From an uncultured Spirochaetota bacterium (GTDB lineage: Bacteria > Spirochaetota > Spirochaetia > SZUA-6 > Fen-1364): a stretch of DNA of 64,000 nucleotides. A program made the position numbers and the translations under genes. The DNA is taken from the NCBI GenBank assembly GCA_963820525.1, contig CAWGAA010000003.1:864001-928000 (forward strand). The letters run 5' to 3'. Numbering within the stretch: position 1 is the first letter of the stretch; the number at the start of each line of letters is the position of its first letter. This document shows, one piece after another, positions 9,604 to 19,343 of the stretch. The notes beneath the pieces are model-generated. The model was given only the letters and a program-made list of their open reading frames with translations, did no database searches and had not been told where the DNA came from.

Positions 9604-11317
9604 GAGTCTGTAGGAAAAGCTAGCAAAAAACAACGCCCTCCTTCGGGCTCATTATTGAACTACAAATGATCAGAAACTAAAAATCACTATTTCTGGCTGT
9701 TAGCTCTCGGACATTCTATGCCCGTCTTCTTTTAGCTCATGCATTTGCGCCTGCCATCGCCTTTGAAATCTTTCCTATATTATGAACCATACAATACAAT
9801 AACCATTGAACATTCACTTTCGCCTTCGTTCTCAGAGTGAATCGATTCATTTTTTTGTGGAATGTGATATTAGCAAACACCGGCTCGATGATCCCCATCC
9901 GTCTTGAGTATAAATCCCTGACATCCGACCGGTCGATCTTCTGGATCATCCGTGCAGAATAATTGGTGGTATCATTCTTGTCATCTATAAAAAGCCTCCG
10001 CTTACCGCTGCTATTCTTTTTCCGATGAAAACATTTATCGGTAAACCGACAACCCTTACAATCGGACGCTTTAGATTGATACCGATGCCCCGAAGATCCG
10101 TGGAGTACTGCGTGTCCTATATGTTTGAGTGTTTTCCCGTTGGGACAGCTATACGTGTTTGTCTTCTCATTATACGTGAAATCTTGAGGTCCAAACTTAT
10201 ACTCGATACCTGAATGTTCTTTCCTGTCCGCGAAGCGCTCGTCTCGTTTTCGAAAGTTGGAGTCCGGGATGATCGCCTCGATTCTCTTCTCTGCCGCCGT
10301 CTTCAGGTTTTCTTCACAGAAGTAATTGGTGTCAGCAAGTATGGTCTTTCCTGAAAGAGGCTCTTCCTGGTTGGTGATGGTTTTCAGATTCTCTTCTGCC
10401 AGCTCAAGAACGGGTTTGAACGTCCCGTGTTCCTACCCTTTCCCATAAGCTTCGGTGGCTATTATGACCTGGTTTTGTTCGTCCGCGAGGGTAATCCCAT
10501 TATACCCCTGGATCATGCCATGGGACATCTTGATCTTTGCGCTGTCGTTGTCCGTGATATTCGATTGTATTTCCTTACCTCTATTCCCCTGTTTCGGACT
10601 CTGTGAACCAAGGAAGCCCTCGATGCGTTTTATCTTTGAATCGATCCTATCAATGGCTTTTTTTCTCTTTAGCGAAACCTCTGATCCTGATACGGTTTCA
10701 GCTCTGTCGGTTACCGTATGCTTTTGAATGAGCATTTTCACCGTTCGTTCAAGTTTTTCTTTTCTCCTGTTGAGATCCCTGAAGGTTCCACTTGATTCTT
10801 TGGACGCGTTGGAAGGCAGCTTGCATCCGTCAATCGCAAACAGTTTCCCGCCGATGAGCTCCATGTCCTGGCACACCATGAGGATTTTTAGAAATATGCC
10901 GCTGATTTCATCCTTCATCGATGAGATGAAATCCGCTATGACCGTGAAGTGTGGAATAGAGTCCGCGGAAAGCGCTTTGGCGATGATATTTGTCTCACAA
11001 AGCTCCATGATCCGCCGTGATGAAAATATGCCTTTGGAATAGGCGAAAAGAATGATTTTCAGTAAAACCCGAGGATCATAGGCAGGTGCACCGGTAAGAT
11101 CGTTTTTATACTTTGAATCGAGTACGGATAAATCGATTTTTTCGTTTATCAGGTAATTGAGAGTGTATTCAAAGGTATCAGGAAGCAGCTGCTCACTGAA
11201 TTGGACGACAACGAACTTTCCCTGATCTTGGTTGCATTCTTTATACCGCGCCATTGTGCTATTGTGCGATGGATATCAATTAGCGTAAAGTATCTGTTTG
11301 GCTTTTCCTACAGAATC
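9604..11317 (-). mobile_element. IS1182-family insertion sequence A (1714 bp)
   Basis: TIRs GAGTCTGTAGGAAAAGC / GCTTTTCCTACAGAATC (16/17 match); AAC duplicated at 9601-9603 and 11318-11320. Confidence 0.9.
9737..11254 (-). pseudogene. IS1182-family transposase with single in-frame TAG at 10433-10435
   Basis: GAPAYDPRVLLKIILFAYSKG..SSR, AIDGCKL, TDNDSA, GYN, YSRRMGIIEPVFANI; frame continues in phase across the TAG. Confidence 0.88.
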
Positions 11318-11410
11318 AACAGCGTATTTGCGCTTCGCGCGCCAGTAAGCGCGCTCGGGGCTTCGCCCACATGCCTCGCTTCGCTCGGCACGTCGTATAC
11401 GCGCGTGACG

Positions 11411-12362
11411 TTAGCTGCAAGTTTTTCGGGCGGAAGTATAGATATGATTTTGCGCTATCCATGGCGCAAAAAACAATCTGAAGAATATAGATATTTTGAA
11501 TAGTAGAATTGAAAATAGTATATTAATTATATGAAGTTTCGAAAAACTTCATTAGGAGGTTTCATTTTGAAAAATGAAAAATCTACTGAACAAACACCAT
11601 CAACTAGAATGAATCCTAAGGTTGATGTATTTCTAAGTAAAGCCAAAAAGTGGCAGGAAGAAGTGGAGAAATTGAGAATGATCATTCTTGACTGTCAGCT
11701 GACCGAAGAATTGAAGTGGGGTTGGCCATGTTACACGTTTCAGAAAAGTAATATAGTTTTAATAAATGGATTCAAAGAATACTGTGCGCTTTTGTTTTTC
11801 AAAGGTGCCTTGTTAAATGATGCCAATGGTATTCTAATCAAAATTGGGGAGAATACGCAGGCGGGGCGCCAGATTCGGTTCACCAATGTTCGAGAAATAG
11901 TTGAGATGGAACCCATTTTGAAAGCCTATATTTATGAAGCCATTGAAGTGGAAAAAGCCGGTTTAAAAGTGAATTTTAAAAAGAATACAGAACTCATATT
12001 TCCTGAAGAATTTCAAAATAAATTAGATGAAAACCCTGTCTTGAAAACTGCTTTTGATGCATTGACGCCGGGACGGCAAAGAGCATACAATCTTTATTTT
12101 TCTGCACCCAAACAATCCAAAACTCGGGAGTCAAGGGTTGAAAAATGTATGGAGCAAATTCTCAATGGAAAGGGATTAAATGATCAGTAATTCGATGAGA
12201 AAAACCAGCAGCTAACAGCGGCTATACGCTGCGGTGCGTCCTCGCGCGGCTCCGGGCGCTCCTCGGCCCTAGCGGCGGGCACATTTGCCTATGGCAAGCC
12301 TTTTGCGAAGCAAAAGTCTCGCCATTCGCTACGCGACCGGCAAACGTCGTATAGCCGCACCG
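11411..12362 (+). mobile_element. integron gene cassette (YdeI/DUF1801)
   Basis: GTTAGCTGCAAGTTTTTC at the left end pairs with GAAAAACCAGCAGCTAAC at attC 4 R''. Confidence 0.88.
11531..12190 (+). CDS. YdeI/OmpD-associated DUF1801 family protein
   Basis: MNPKVDVFL..LTEELKWG.PCYT..FKEYCALLFFKGALL..LTPGRQRAY..AKQ-like SKTRESRVEK; true start may be downstream. Confidence 0.88.
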   Translation: MKFRKTSLGGFILKNEKSTEQTPSTRMNPKVDVFLSKAKKWQEEVEKLRMIILDCQLTEELKWGWPCYTFQKSNIVLINGFKEYCALLFFKGALLNDANGILIKIGENTQAGRQIRFTNVREIVEMEPILKAYIYEAIEVEKAGLKVNFKKNTELIFPEEFQNKLDENPVLKTAFDALTPGRQRAYNLYFSAPKQSKTRESRVEKCMEQILNGKGLNDQ

Positions 12363-12368
12363 TTAGCT
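12210..12368 (+). repeat. integron attC site 4
   Basis: R'' AGCTAAC; perfect arms GCGGCTATACG / CGTATAGCCGC; R' GTTAGCT. Confidence 0.92.
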
Positions 12369-12394
12369 GAAATGGACAAGGGAGAATAGATGAA

Positions 12395-12916
12395 ATGAAG
12401 ATTGATGTCGAATATCTAAAATTTATGTGGCCGATGAGACATTTCTTAGTAACATGTGGGGAAATAGAAGTAAAATCAAATATCATAGCAGTCAGCTTTT
12501 GTATGCCTGTATCAAAAGAACCCCCACTTATAGCTTGTGCCATCGGGAAGAAATCTTTTTCATATGAGTTAATCAAAAGCAATAACGAATTTATTGTAAA
12601 TATCCCTCCTGCTCAGCTAGAACCGAGAATATATTATTGTGGTTTCCACTCAGGATATCAAGTTGATAAATTTAAAGAAACGGGATTAACTCCACAACCA
12701 GCACGAAAAGTGAGAGCTCCTATTATTGCTGAGTGTCTAGCTCATATTGAGTGCAAGGTTAAACAAGAAATCGAAACAGGAGATAAAAACCTGTTTATAG
12801 GTGAAGTAATAGAGGCGTATGCAAATGAAGATATTGTAAAAGGTGCGGGGAAAGTTGAGTATGCGGAAGGCGATTTTCCACGCAAAGTATATGCCACAAG
12901 ATTTAAAAGCTCGTAG
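12395..12916 (+). CDS. flavin reductase (flavoredoxin-like) family protein, cassette-borne
   Basis: PVSKEPPLIA, SYELIK..EFIVNIP, CGFHSG..VDKF..GLT, APIIAECLAHIECK, GDKNLFIGEV. Confidence 0.88.
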   Translation: MKIDVEYLKFMWPMRHFLVTCGEIEVKSNIIAVSFCMPVSKEPPLIACAIGKKSFSYELIKSNNEFIVNIPPAQLEPRIYYCGFHSGYQVDKFKETGLTPQPARKVRAPIIAECLAHIECKVKQEIETGDKNLFIGEVIEAYANEDIVKGAGKVEYAEGDFPRKVYATRFKSS

Positions 12917-12931
12917 TCCACTTCAGCTAAC

Positions 12932-14663
12932 CAATCTGTTGAATAATTGCGTTTAAAGAAAAGTGATCTACCGATTTTATTTCCAATCAATCAGAATAGT
13001 TGTTTTTATTTAATCATCAGTTCTGAAGAGCGGCTCCTCTATCATCCCACCTGCCAGGCTTCAATCTTTTTTATCTCGCCTTTGCCGTATTGTTTTATTT
13101 TTTGGATATTGTGAACCAGCATATACAAAAGCCATTGTATTTTGACCTTGGCCCGTCCCCGTAACGTAAATCGATTCAGTTTCTTATGGTACGTGATATG
13201 TGCGAATACCGGTTCCACAATCCCCATTCGGCGAGCGTACATGTCACGTCCTTCCTCCGTATCGATCTTTTCCCTCATCTTTACAGACCAGGTCTTTTTT
13301 TTGGGCTTGGTCGTGACAAAAAGTGTCCGTGATTTCGCCTGCCGGTTGAGACAGCGGTAATGATTGACGCACATGCGGCAATCCAGTATTGATGCTTGAT
13401 ACCGGTCCCCACAGTACCCGTGAAAGAGGATTCCTTTGCGCTTCAAGGTCAGCCGCTTGCCCATCGGACAATAGTAGCAACCGTCCTTTTCGTCATACTG
13501 GAAATCCTCCTGCCGGTACTTCACCCGTTTCTTCTGCTCTTCCTTATTTTCAGGATACCGTGGATCCCGCACCCTGAAGCCATGATCGGGGATATACCCG
13601 TCAATCCCATTCCGGAGCAGAAACCGACAATTATCCTCGGAGAAATAGTTCGTATCGGCCAGGAGGGTGGCTGATTTCAATCCCAGGCCGAAACATTTCA
13701 TCCTCCTTAAGTTTTCCTTCGCCCCTTCCACCATGTCGCCCAAATATTCATGCTCGCAGACGTTGCCGAAGGCGTCCGCGCTCACCACGATCTGGTGTTT
13801 CCCGTCCGTGAGGGCCAGTCCGTTATAGCCCTGAATCACGCCGCGGCTCGACGCCATCTTGGCGCTCTCGTTATCCGTGATATTGCTCTTATTCTCCCGG
13901 ATTCGTCGCCCGGGTTTCGGATCGTTTTTCTCAAGAAACTCGCGAATTCGTTCGATTTTCCTATCCAGACGCTCCTTTTGTACGCGTAGCTTTTCCCTTT
14001 GTTCTTTGTCCTCTCGGTCGGTCCGTTTGTGTTTCGCTATCAGGTAACTGACCGTTTTCTCTAGTTTCTCCTTTTTTCCCTCAAGCTCCTTCAGGGTACC
14101 GCTCGATTCTTTGGAGGCGTTGGAGCTGAGTTTACAGCCATCGAGAGCGAAGATTTCCCCGCCGATCAGATCGAGCTGGGCGCAGATCAATAACACCTGA
14201 CGGAATATTTCCGTAATGTCGGTTTCCATAGATTTAATGAAGTTTGCGATCGTAGTATGGTCCGGAGCATTGTAGCCCGTCATCGCGATGAACACGACGT
14301 TTTCCCGACACAGGGTTTCCATCCCGCGCGACGATATGACCGATTTCGCCTAGCAATTGATGATGATTTTCAGCAACAGGCGTGGATCGTATGCGCGCAC
14401 TCCTCGCGTTTCGTTATGATATCTTGATTCAAAAAGCGACAGGTCCAATCGATCGAGCACCTGACAGCTTGCGTATTCGAATGTTCCTGGAATAAGCTGA
14501 TCCTTGAGACTCACTGGGATGAGCATATTCTGCTCGTTGTGATGATCTTTGAAGCGCGCCATTTCCCCTCCCGAGCCATAACGTGACTGTGCCATTAACG
14601 ATTCGTTGCTGTCAATGATTTTATGGCATAGAATCATTCCCGGAGGATAAATTCAACAGATAC
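12932..14663 (-). mobile_element. IS1182-family insertion sequence B (1732 bp)
   Basis: Ends share an 11-bp inverted core ATCTGTTGAAT in the same register as the IS A TIRs; AAC duplicated at 12929-12931 and 14664-14666. Confidence 0.85.
13042..14562 (-). pseudogene. IS1182-family transposase with single in-frame TAG at 14350-14352
   Basis: MARFK..RAYDPRLLLKIIINC*AKSVISSRGMETLC..ALDGCKL..TDNESA..GYNG..LADTNY..YARRMGIVEPVF. Confidence 0.88.
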
Positions 14664-14826
14664 AACAAAGCGTAGACGCTTCGCGCCCTTCGGGCGCTCG
14701 GCCTTCGGCACATTTTTTGCCTGCGCTTCGCTCCGGCAAAAAACGTCGTCTACGCTTGGAACTTTATAGGCCATTGCCCTAGCCGCTATATTCAGCATAA
14801 TACAATGTTAGGCTCGTTTATGAGAA

Positions 14827-16014
14827 TTGCTGTTGCCAACGCGGGGTTTTCCTGTGAATGATCTTCCCGTAATCTGCTGGATCGAATCCGGCGAGCCTTG
14901 GTCTGCCCTCTGGCGATCCGAAAGCGGCGTACTTCCACCTAGACGTGTAGTGATTGCGGATGACAGCCTCAGCGCAGATACAGCCTATCGTCTTGCCTGC
15001 AAAGGCACAGCGATGCTGTGGCGCGGCGATTTTAACAACGCGCGCCAACTGCTGCAGGCGCTTTCGCGCCGTCTAGAACGCAAGCTGCGCCGCGCGGAGC
15101 GCAATGCCCCCAAGCCGATGCCGTCGCTTACCGAAGCGTTTCATCAGCTTCGGCAAAGTCAGGCGCAGCGCGCGCGTATATTGGGCATGCTGCTGGTTAC
15201 GCTTGAGAGCGATTACCGCGTGCCCTTGCCGCGTGCGCCCAATGTGCAGCAAGCCTGTATTGAGGCATATGGTCCCGGCGAGCAGGCTTCCGTCGTTTCG
15301 CTGCGTGAACTGCTCGGCTTGATTGGCGCTCATGAATGGCGCAGAAAAGGGGTGCCGATCCCGGCACTGGATGATTGCATCTACCCGCACTATGGTGTTT
15401 TTTCTCCAATTCGCGGCGAGTATGTGGAGCTGGTGGCCGAAGCGCCGCTGCCCTCACTTGAACTAGCCTTCGATATCGGTTCAGGTACCGGAGTACTGGC
15501 AGCCGTGTTGGCGCGTCGTGGCGTGGTACGCGTGGTGGCTACTGATCATGATGCGCGCGCGCTGGCATGCGCCCGTGAGAACATTGCACGGCTTGGGTTG
15601 AGCGGGCAAGTGGAAGTCGTATACGCCGACCTGTTTCCAGATGGCCGAGCGCCGCTGATTGTCTGCAATCCGCCCTGGATACCGGCACGGCCAAGTTCTC
15701 CACTGGAACACGCGGTGTATGACCCGGAGAGCCGCATGCTGATAGGGTTCCTCACCGGGCTGGCTGCGCACCTGGAACCGGGTGGGGAGGGCTGGCTGAT
15801 CCTTTCTGATTTCGCCGAGCGTCTGGGACTGCGCACGCGAGATCAGTTGCTCGCTGCCATCGACATGGCAGGGTTGAAAGTAGCGGGCAGGTTGGATGTG
15901 CGTCCGCACCACCCCAAGGCGCTAGACATTACCGATCCGCTCCACGCAGCCCGTGCGGCGGAAATCACCTCGCTCTGGCGGCTGGCGGCGCGACGCGTTC
16001 AGAACTCCCTTTAG
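14827..16014 (+). CDS. class I SAM-dependent methyltransferase (MTS/PrmC-like)
   Basis: FDIGSGTGVLA motif I and VCNPPW motif IV; start may be GTG 14854. Confidence 0.85.
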   Translation: MLLPTRGFPVNDLPVICWIESGEPWSALWRSESGVLPPRRVVIADDSLSADTAYRLACKGTAMLWRGDFNNARQLLQALSRRLERKLRRAERNAPKPMPSLTEAFHQLRQSQAQRARILGMLLVTLESDYRVPLPRAPNVQQACIEAYGPGEQASVVSLRELLGLIGAHEWRRKGVPIPALDDCIYPHYGVFSPIRGEYVELVAEAPLPSLELAFDIGSGTGVLAAVLARRGVVRVVATDHDARALACARENIARLGLSGQVEVVYADLFPDGRAPLIVCNPPWIPARPSSPLEHAVYDPESRMLIGFLTGLAAHLEPGGEGWLILSDFAERLGLRTRDQLLAAIDMAGLKVAGRLDVRPHHPKALDITDPLHAARAAEITSLWRLAARRVQNSL

Positions 16015-16122
16015 GATTTGTCCCCTTTTTCCGTCAGTATTGGCTGCGGGACCCAAGGATGGCGAATCTTGCATGTTGACCCACCGAGCATCCCCCGCGC
16101 ATAATCGTGCGGAGGTGGCCTT

Positions 16123-17478
16123 ATGGAACGCAGTGAACTGAGCTTGAAAACGAAACTCGGCTTCGGCGTATGCGATCTGGGCGGGAACCTCTTCGTGACC
16201 ATCATGGGGTTCTACATCATGAGTTTCGCTACAGACGTCGCTCTGCTGGGCGCGGCGCTGGCGGGCACGGCTCTGTGGATTGGAAAGATCTGGGACGCCA
16301 GCATCGACCCCGCAATCGGCTTTCTCTCGGATCGGACGCGAAGCCGCCTGGGGAGGCGAAAGCCGTGGATGCTCGGCGGCGCGATCGCCCTATTGTTTTT
16401 CATGACGCTCATGTACACCAATCCGCATATTGGAAGCCAGTTCTGGCTGTTCGTGTGGCTGATCGCAATCTACTGCCTGCTCGTCGCCGCCTTCTCTGTA
16501 ATCAATATCCCTTACGGCGCGCTCACCCCGGAGCTCACCCGCGACTATGACGGGCGGACGGTGCTCAACGCCTTCCGGATGAGCTTCGCCATCGTCGGCA
16601 CCTTCATCGGTTTCGGGCTCGTGCTTCCCATAGTGCGCGCGTTCGCAAGCGTTGACACGGGCTGGACGGTTATGGGCGCCATCATGGGCGCGGTTATCAC
16701 CGCTACCGCCTTGATCACGATCATTACGGTGAAAGAACCGGTCCAAGCGGAAAAGGAGGCGGGCGCGCAGCAGGGATTCCTCAAAACATATGCGGCTACG
16801 TTGAAGAACAGACCCTTCGTGCTCGCGCTTCTCTGCTACGCCCTTCACATCACCGGCATCAGCGTCGTGCAGGGAGCGCTGATATACTATTTCAAGTACA
16901 TCTACGGCGGAAGCGGCTCCTTCGAGGTCGCCGCGGTCTGCCTCCTGGTGCCGAGCCTGCTATTCATCCCTGTATGGACGGTCCTCTCCAAACGGATCGG
17001 CAAGAAGCTGTGCTACAACCTCGGCATGGGCATGGTGGCCGCCGCCGTGCTCGTTATATTCCTCTTTGCCGCGGACCTAGGCCCGGTTTTCATGTACGCC
17101 GTGATGGCGGTTGCCGGCATCGGCATGTCCACCAACTACGTGATGCCCTACGCTCTCATTCCGGACGTGGTGGAGCTGGACTACGCGGAGAACGGAGTCC
17201 GGCGCGAGGGCGCGTTCTACGGCCTCTGGAACTTCGCGTTCCAGATCGGCCAGGGCTTTGCCCTGTTCTTGAACGGCTGGATACTCGCGGCCTTCGGCTA
17301 CGCTGCAAACACGGCGCAGACCGATGTCTCCAAGCTCGGGATCCGGCTCCTTGTGGGGCCCGCGGCCGCCGTCTTCTTCATCGCCGGGGTGGTGGTGCTT
17401 TCCTTCTATCCAATCAGCCGGAAATACTACGACACGGTGATCATGCCGAAGGTCGCGGAGCGGGATCGGTCGGTGTAA
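16123..17478 (+). CDS. MFS glycoside-pentoside-hexuronide (MelB-like) symporter
   Basis: KLGFGVCDLGGN, WDASIDPAIGFLSDRTRSRLGRRKPW, IPYGALTPELT, PDVVELD..G.RREG. Confidence 0.9.
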   Translation: MERSELSLKTKLGFGVCDLGGNLFVTIMGFYIMSFATDVALLGAALAGTALWIGKIWDASIDPAIGFLSDRTRSRLGRRKPWMLGGAIALLFFMTLMYTNPHIGSQFWLFVWLIAIYCLLVAAFSVINIPYGALTPELTRDYDGRTVLNAFRMSFAIVGTFIGFGLVLPIVRAFASVDTGWTVMGAIMGAVITATALITIITVKEPVQAEKEAGAQQGFLKTYAATLKNRPFVLALLCYALHITGISVVQGALIYYFKYIYGGSGSFEVAAVCLLVPSLLFIPVWTVLSKRIGKKLCYNLGMGMVAAAVLVIFLFAADLGPVFMYAVMAVAGIGMSTNYVMPYALIPDVVELDYAENGVRREGAFYGLWNFAFQIGQGFALFLNGWILAAFGYAANTAQTDVSKLGIRLLVGPAAAVFFIAGVVVLSFYPISRKYYDTVIMPKVAERDRSV

Positions 17479-18839
17479 TGTCGCGTCCAATCCGGTCCGC
17501 CCGTTCCGTACGCGTGCTCCCCCCTCCAAAGGTCCGGCCCGGGGCCATGAGATTTCTGCGCGCGATAGGTCCGCTCTTTTTCAGGGTCCTGCTCGGATTC
17601 GATTCGCTGGAGATTCTCCATCCCGAGCGTCTTGTGCGGGCTTTCTGTGATTTCTTCGATCTGAAGTCCAGGCTCATCGTCACTTTCCGCCACCCCTACG
17701 GGGACGAACCCCAGCTCATGGCCTATGTCATCGGAAAGCGATTGGAAAAAGAAGCGGCGAAGCTGGGCGCCCGATTCCCGAAGAAGCCCCATGCCCACTT
17801 CGTCTACGGTTACGAGGCTCCCCTCTGGGCCGGCGCCTTCGAGCGCTGGGTCCTGCCGCGCGTCGGAGCGGTTCCCGTATACCATACCAAGTTCGACACG
17901 TCCAGCGTGAAGAGAATCCGGCTCCTCATGAAGGATGGCGCATATCCCCTCGCCCTCGCGCCCGAAGGGCAGACTTCCTACACGAGCGAGGGGCTGCCCC
18001 GTCTTGAACAGGGAGCGGTCAGGATCGGCTTATGGTGCGCCGAGGACCTGGCAAAGGAGAAGAGGACCGAGTCTGTGGTCATCGTTCCCGTCTCCATCCA
18101 CCATCGGTGGCCGGAGGCCGCGGAAAAAAAACTCGATCGGCTTATCGGCCTCACCGAACGCCGATGCGGGATCTGCCGCCGGACGGGGTCGGGACGGTTC
18201 GATAGGCTTTCTGCGATCGGGGATCAGGTTCTCCTACTCATGGAACAATACTACGCGCGACACCATGGATCATCGTCTCCGGGAGACGGCGCGTCCCGCT
18301 CCGACCGGCTCGCCGCGGTCATTGAGGCGGCGCTGCGGACGGCCGAGCGGATTCTTTGCATCAAGCCGGACGGAGATGTTATCCGGCGCGTCTACAAGAT
18401 ACGGCAGGCGGGCTGGGACAGGGTTTTCAGGGCCGACATCCAGGATATGGACGCCATTTCACCCCTCGAACGCGGGATGGCGGACCGCTTGGCGAGCGAG
18501 GCGTGGCTGGCCTCCCGGCACATGGAGCTCGTGGACCTCGCGTATTACCTGGATTTCGACCGATTGAAGAGAGATGACCCTCTGGAGCTCTATATCGAAA
18601 CCGCGCAGAACTACTACGATCTGGTCTGCCGGCTTACAGGCGGCAACATCTCGGATCGGATCAAAATCGGCGGGAAAAAAGCGGTCGTGATAGTCGGAGA
18701 GCCCATCGTCGTCAGCCGCGGTTTGGATCCGCAGAAGACGTCGAGTAAAGGGACCGCCGACTCCCTGACCGACGAGTTGAAGCGGGCGTATCTCTCCTGC
18801 ATCGAAGAGATACGGAAAAGCCGTGACGCCAGCACCTAG
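17478..18839 (+). CDS. PlsC-like glycerol-phosphate acyltransferase family protein
   Basis: FRHPYGDEP (HxxxxD-like) and LALAPEG motifs; start overlaps the upstream stop. Confidence 0.65.
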   Translation: MSRPIRSARSVRVLPPPKVRPGAMRFLRAIGPLFFRVLLGFDSLEILHPERLVRAFCDFFDLKSRLIVTFRHPYGDEPQLMAYVIGKRLEKEAAKLGARFPKKPHAHFVYGYEAPLWAGAFERWVLPRVGAVPVYHTKFDTSSVKRIRLLMKDGAYPLALAPEGQTSYTSEGLPRLEQGAVRIGLWCAEDLAKEKRTESVVIVPVSIHHRWPEAAEKKLDRLIGLTERRCGICRRTGSGRFDRLSAIGDQVLLLMEQYYARHHGSSSPGDGASRSDRLAAVIEAALRTAERILCIKPDGDVIRRVYKIRQAGWDRVFRADIQDMDAISPLERGMADRLASEAWLASRHMELVDLAYYLDFDRLKRDDPLELYIETAQNYYDLVCRLTGGNISDRIKIGGKKAVVIVGEPIVVSRGLDPQKTSSKGTADSLTDELKRAYLSCIEEIRKSRDAST

Positions 18840-18878
18840 AACGTCGCATAATCGACGTTGGCGGTATGGAGAATAAAA

Positions 18879-19343
18879 ATGCGGGATAAAAGATTCATAG
18901 CGGTTCATCGCGGCGGTCCTCTTACAAAAGAACAGCATTGCCAATTAATGAAATGGGCTTGTGACTGTGCAGAACACGTACTCAGTCTTTTCGGTGACCC
19001 CATAGATCGACGTCTCATTAATGCAGTAGAAACAGCCAAAGAATGGGAAAAGAGAAACGCATCGGTAGGTGATGCAAGAAATGCCTCATTAGAAGCAATA
19101 GCAGTAGCAAGAGAATCTTCAAATCCTGTATCAGTTTTGGTTGCTCGTTGTGTTGGGCACGCTGCTGCAACTGCTCATATGGCGGATCATTCATTGGGAG
19201 CAGCAGATTACGCTTTGAAAGCCGCTAAATTATCAGATAAATCTATTGAGATTGAAAGAAAATGGCAAGATAAACATTTGCCAATTGAGATTAAAGAACT
19301 TGTATTATCAGCAAGAGACAAGAGACACTTAAAAATAAAGTAG
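18879..19343 (+). CDS. Imm5-like putative immunity protein
   Basis: MRDKRFIAVHRGG..WACDCAEHVL..ARCVGHAAATAHMADHSLGAADYALKA; AT-rich island. Confidence 0.7.
   Translation: MRDKRFIAVHRGGPLTKEQHCQLMKWACDCAEHVLSLFGDPIDRRLINAVETAKEWEKRNASVGDARNASLEAIAVARESSNPVSVLVARCVGHAAATAHMADHSLGAADYALKAAKLSDKSIEIERKWQDKHLPIEIKELVLSARDKRHLKIK

Larger units (their letters stand above)
9597..11416 (+). repeat. attC site 3, split by IS1182 insertion (R'' 9597-9603; remainder 11318-11416)
   Basis: ACATAAC | IS | AAC AGCGTATT...CGTATACGCG TGAC GTTAGCT. Confidence 0.85.
12925..14769 (+). repeat. attC site 5, split by IS1182 insertion (R'' 12925-12931; remainder 14664-14769), R' degenerate
   Basis: GTCCACTTCAGCTAAC pairs with GTTAGCTGAAATGGAC (12362); arms AAGCGTAGACG / CGTCTACGCTT; R' position reads TTTATAG. 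Confidence 0.85.

Noticed and set aside
10433..14352. Genome-wide TAG recoding
   Set aside because: Many intact genes here end at TAG at the expected C-terminus (e.g. 4638, 12916, 20631)
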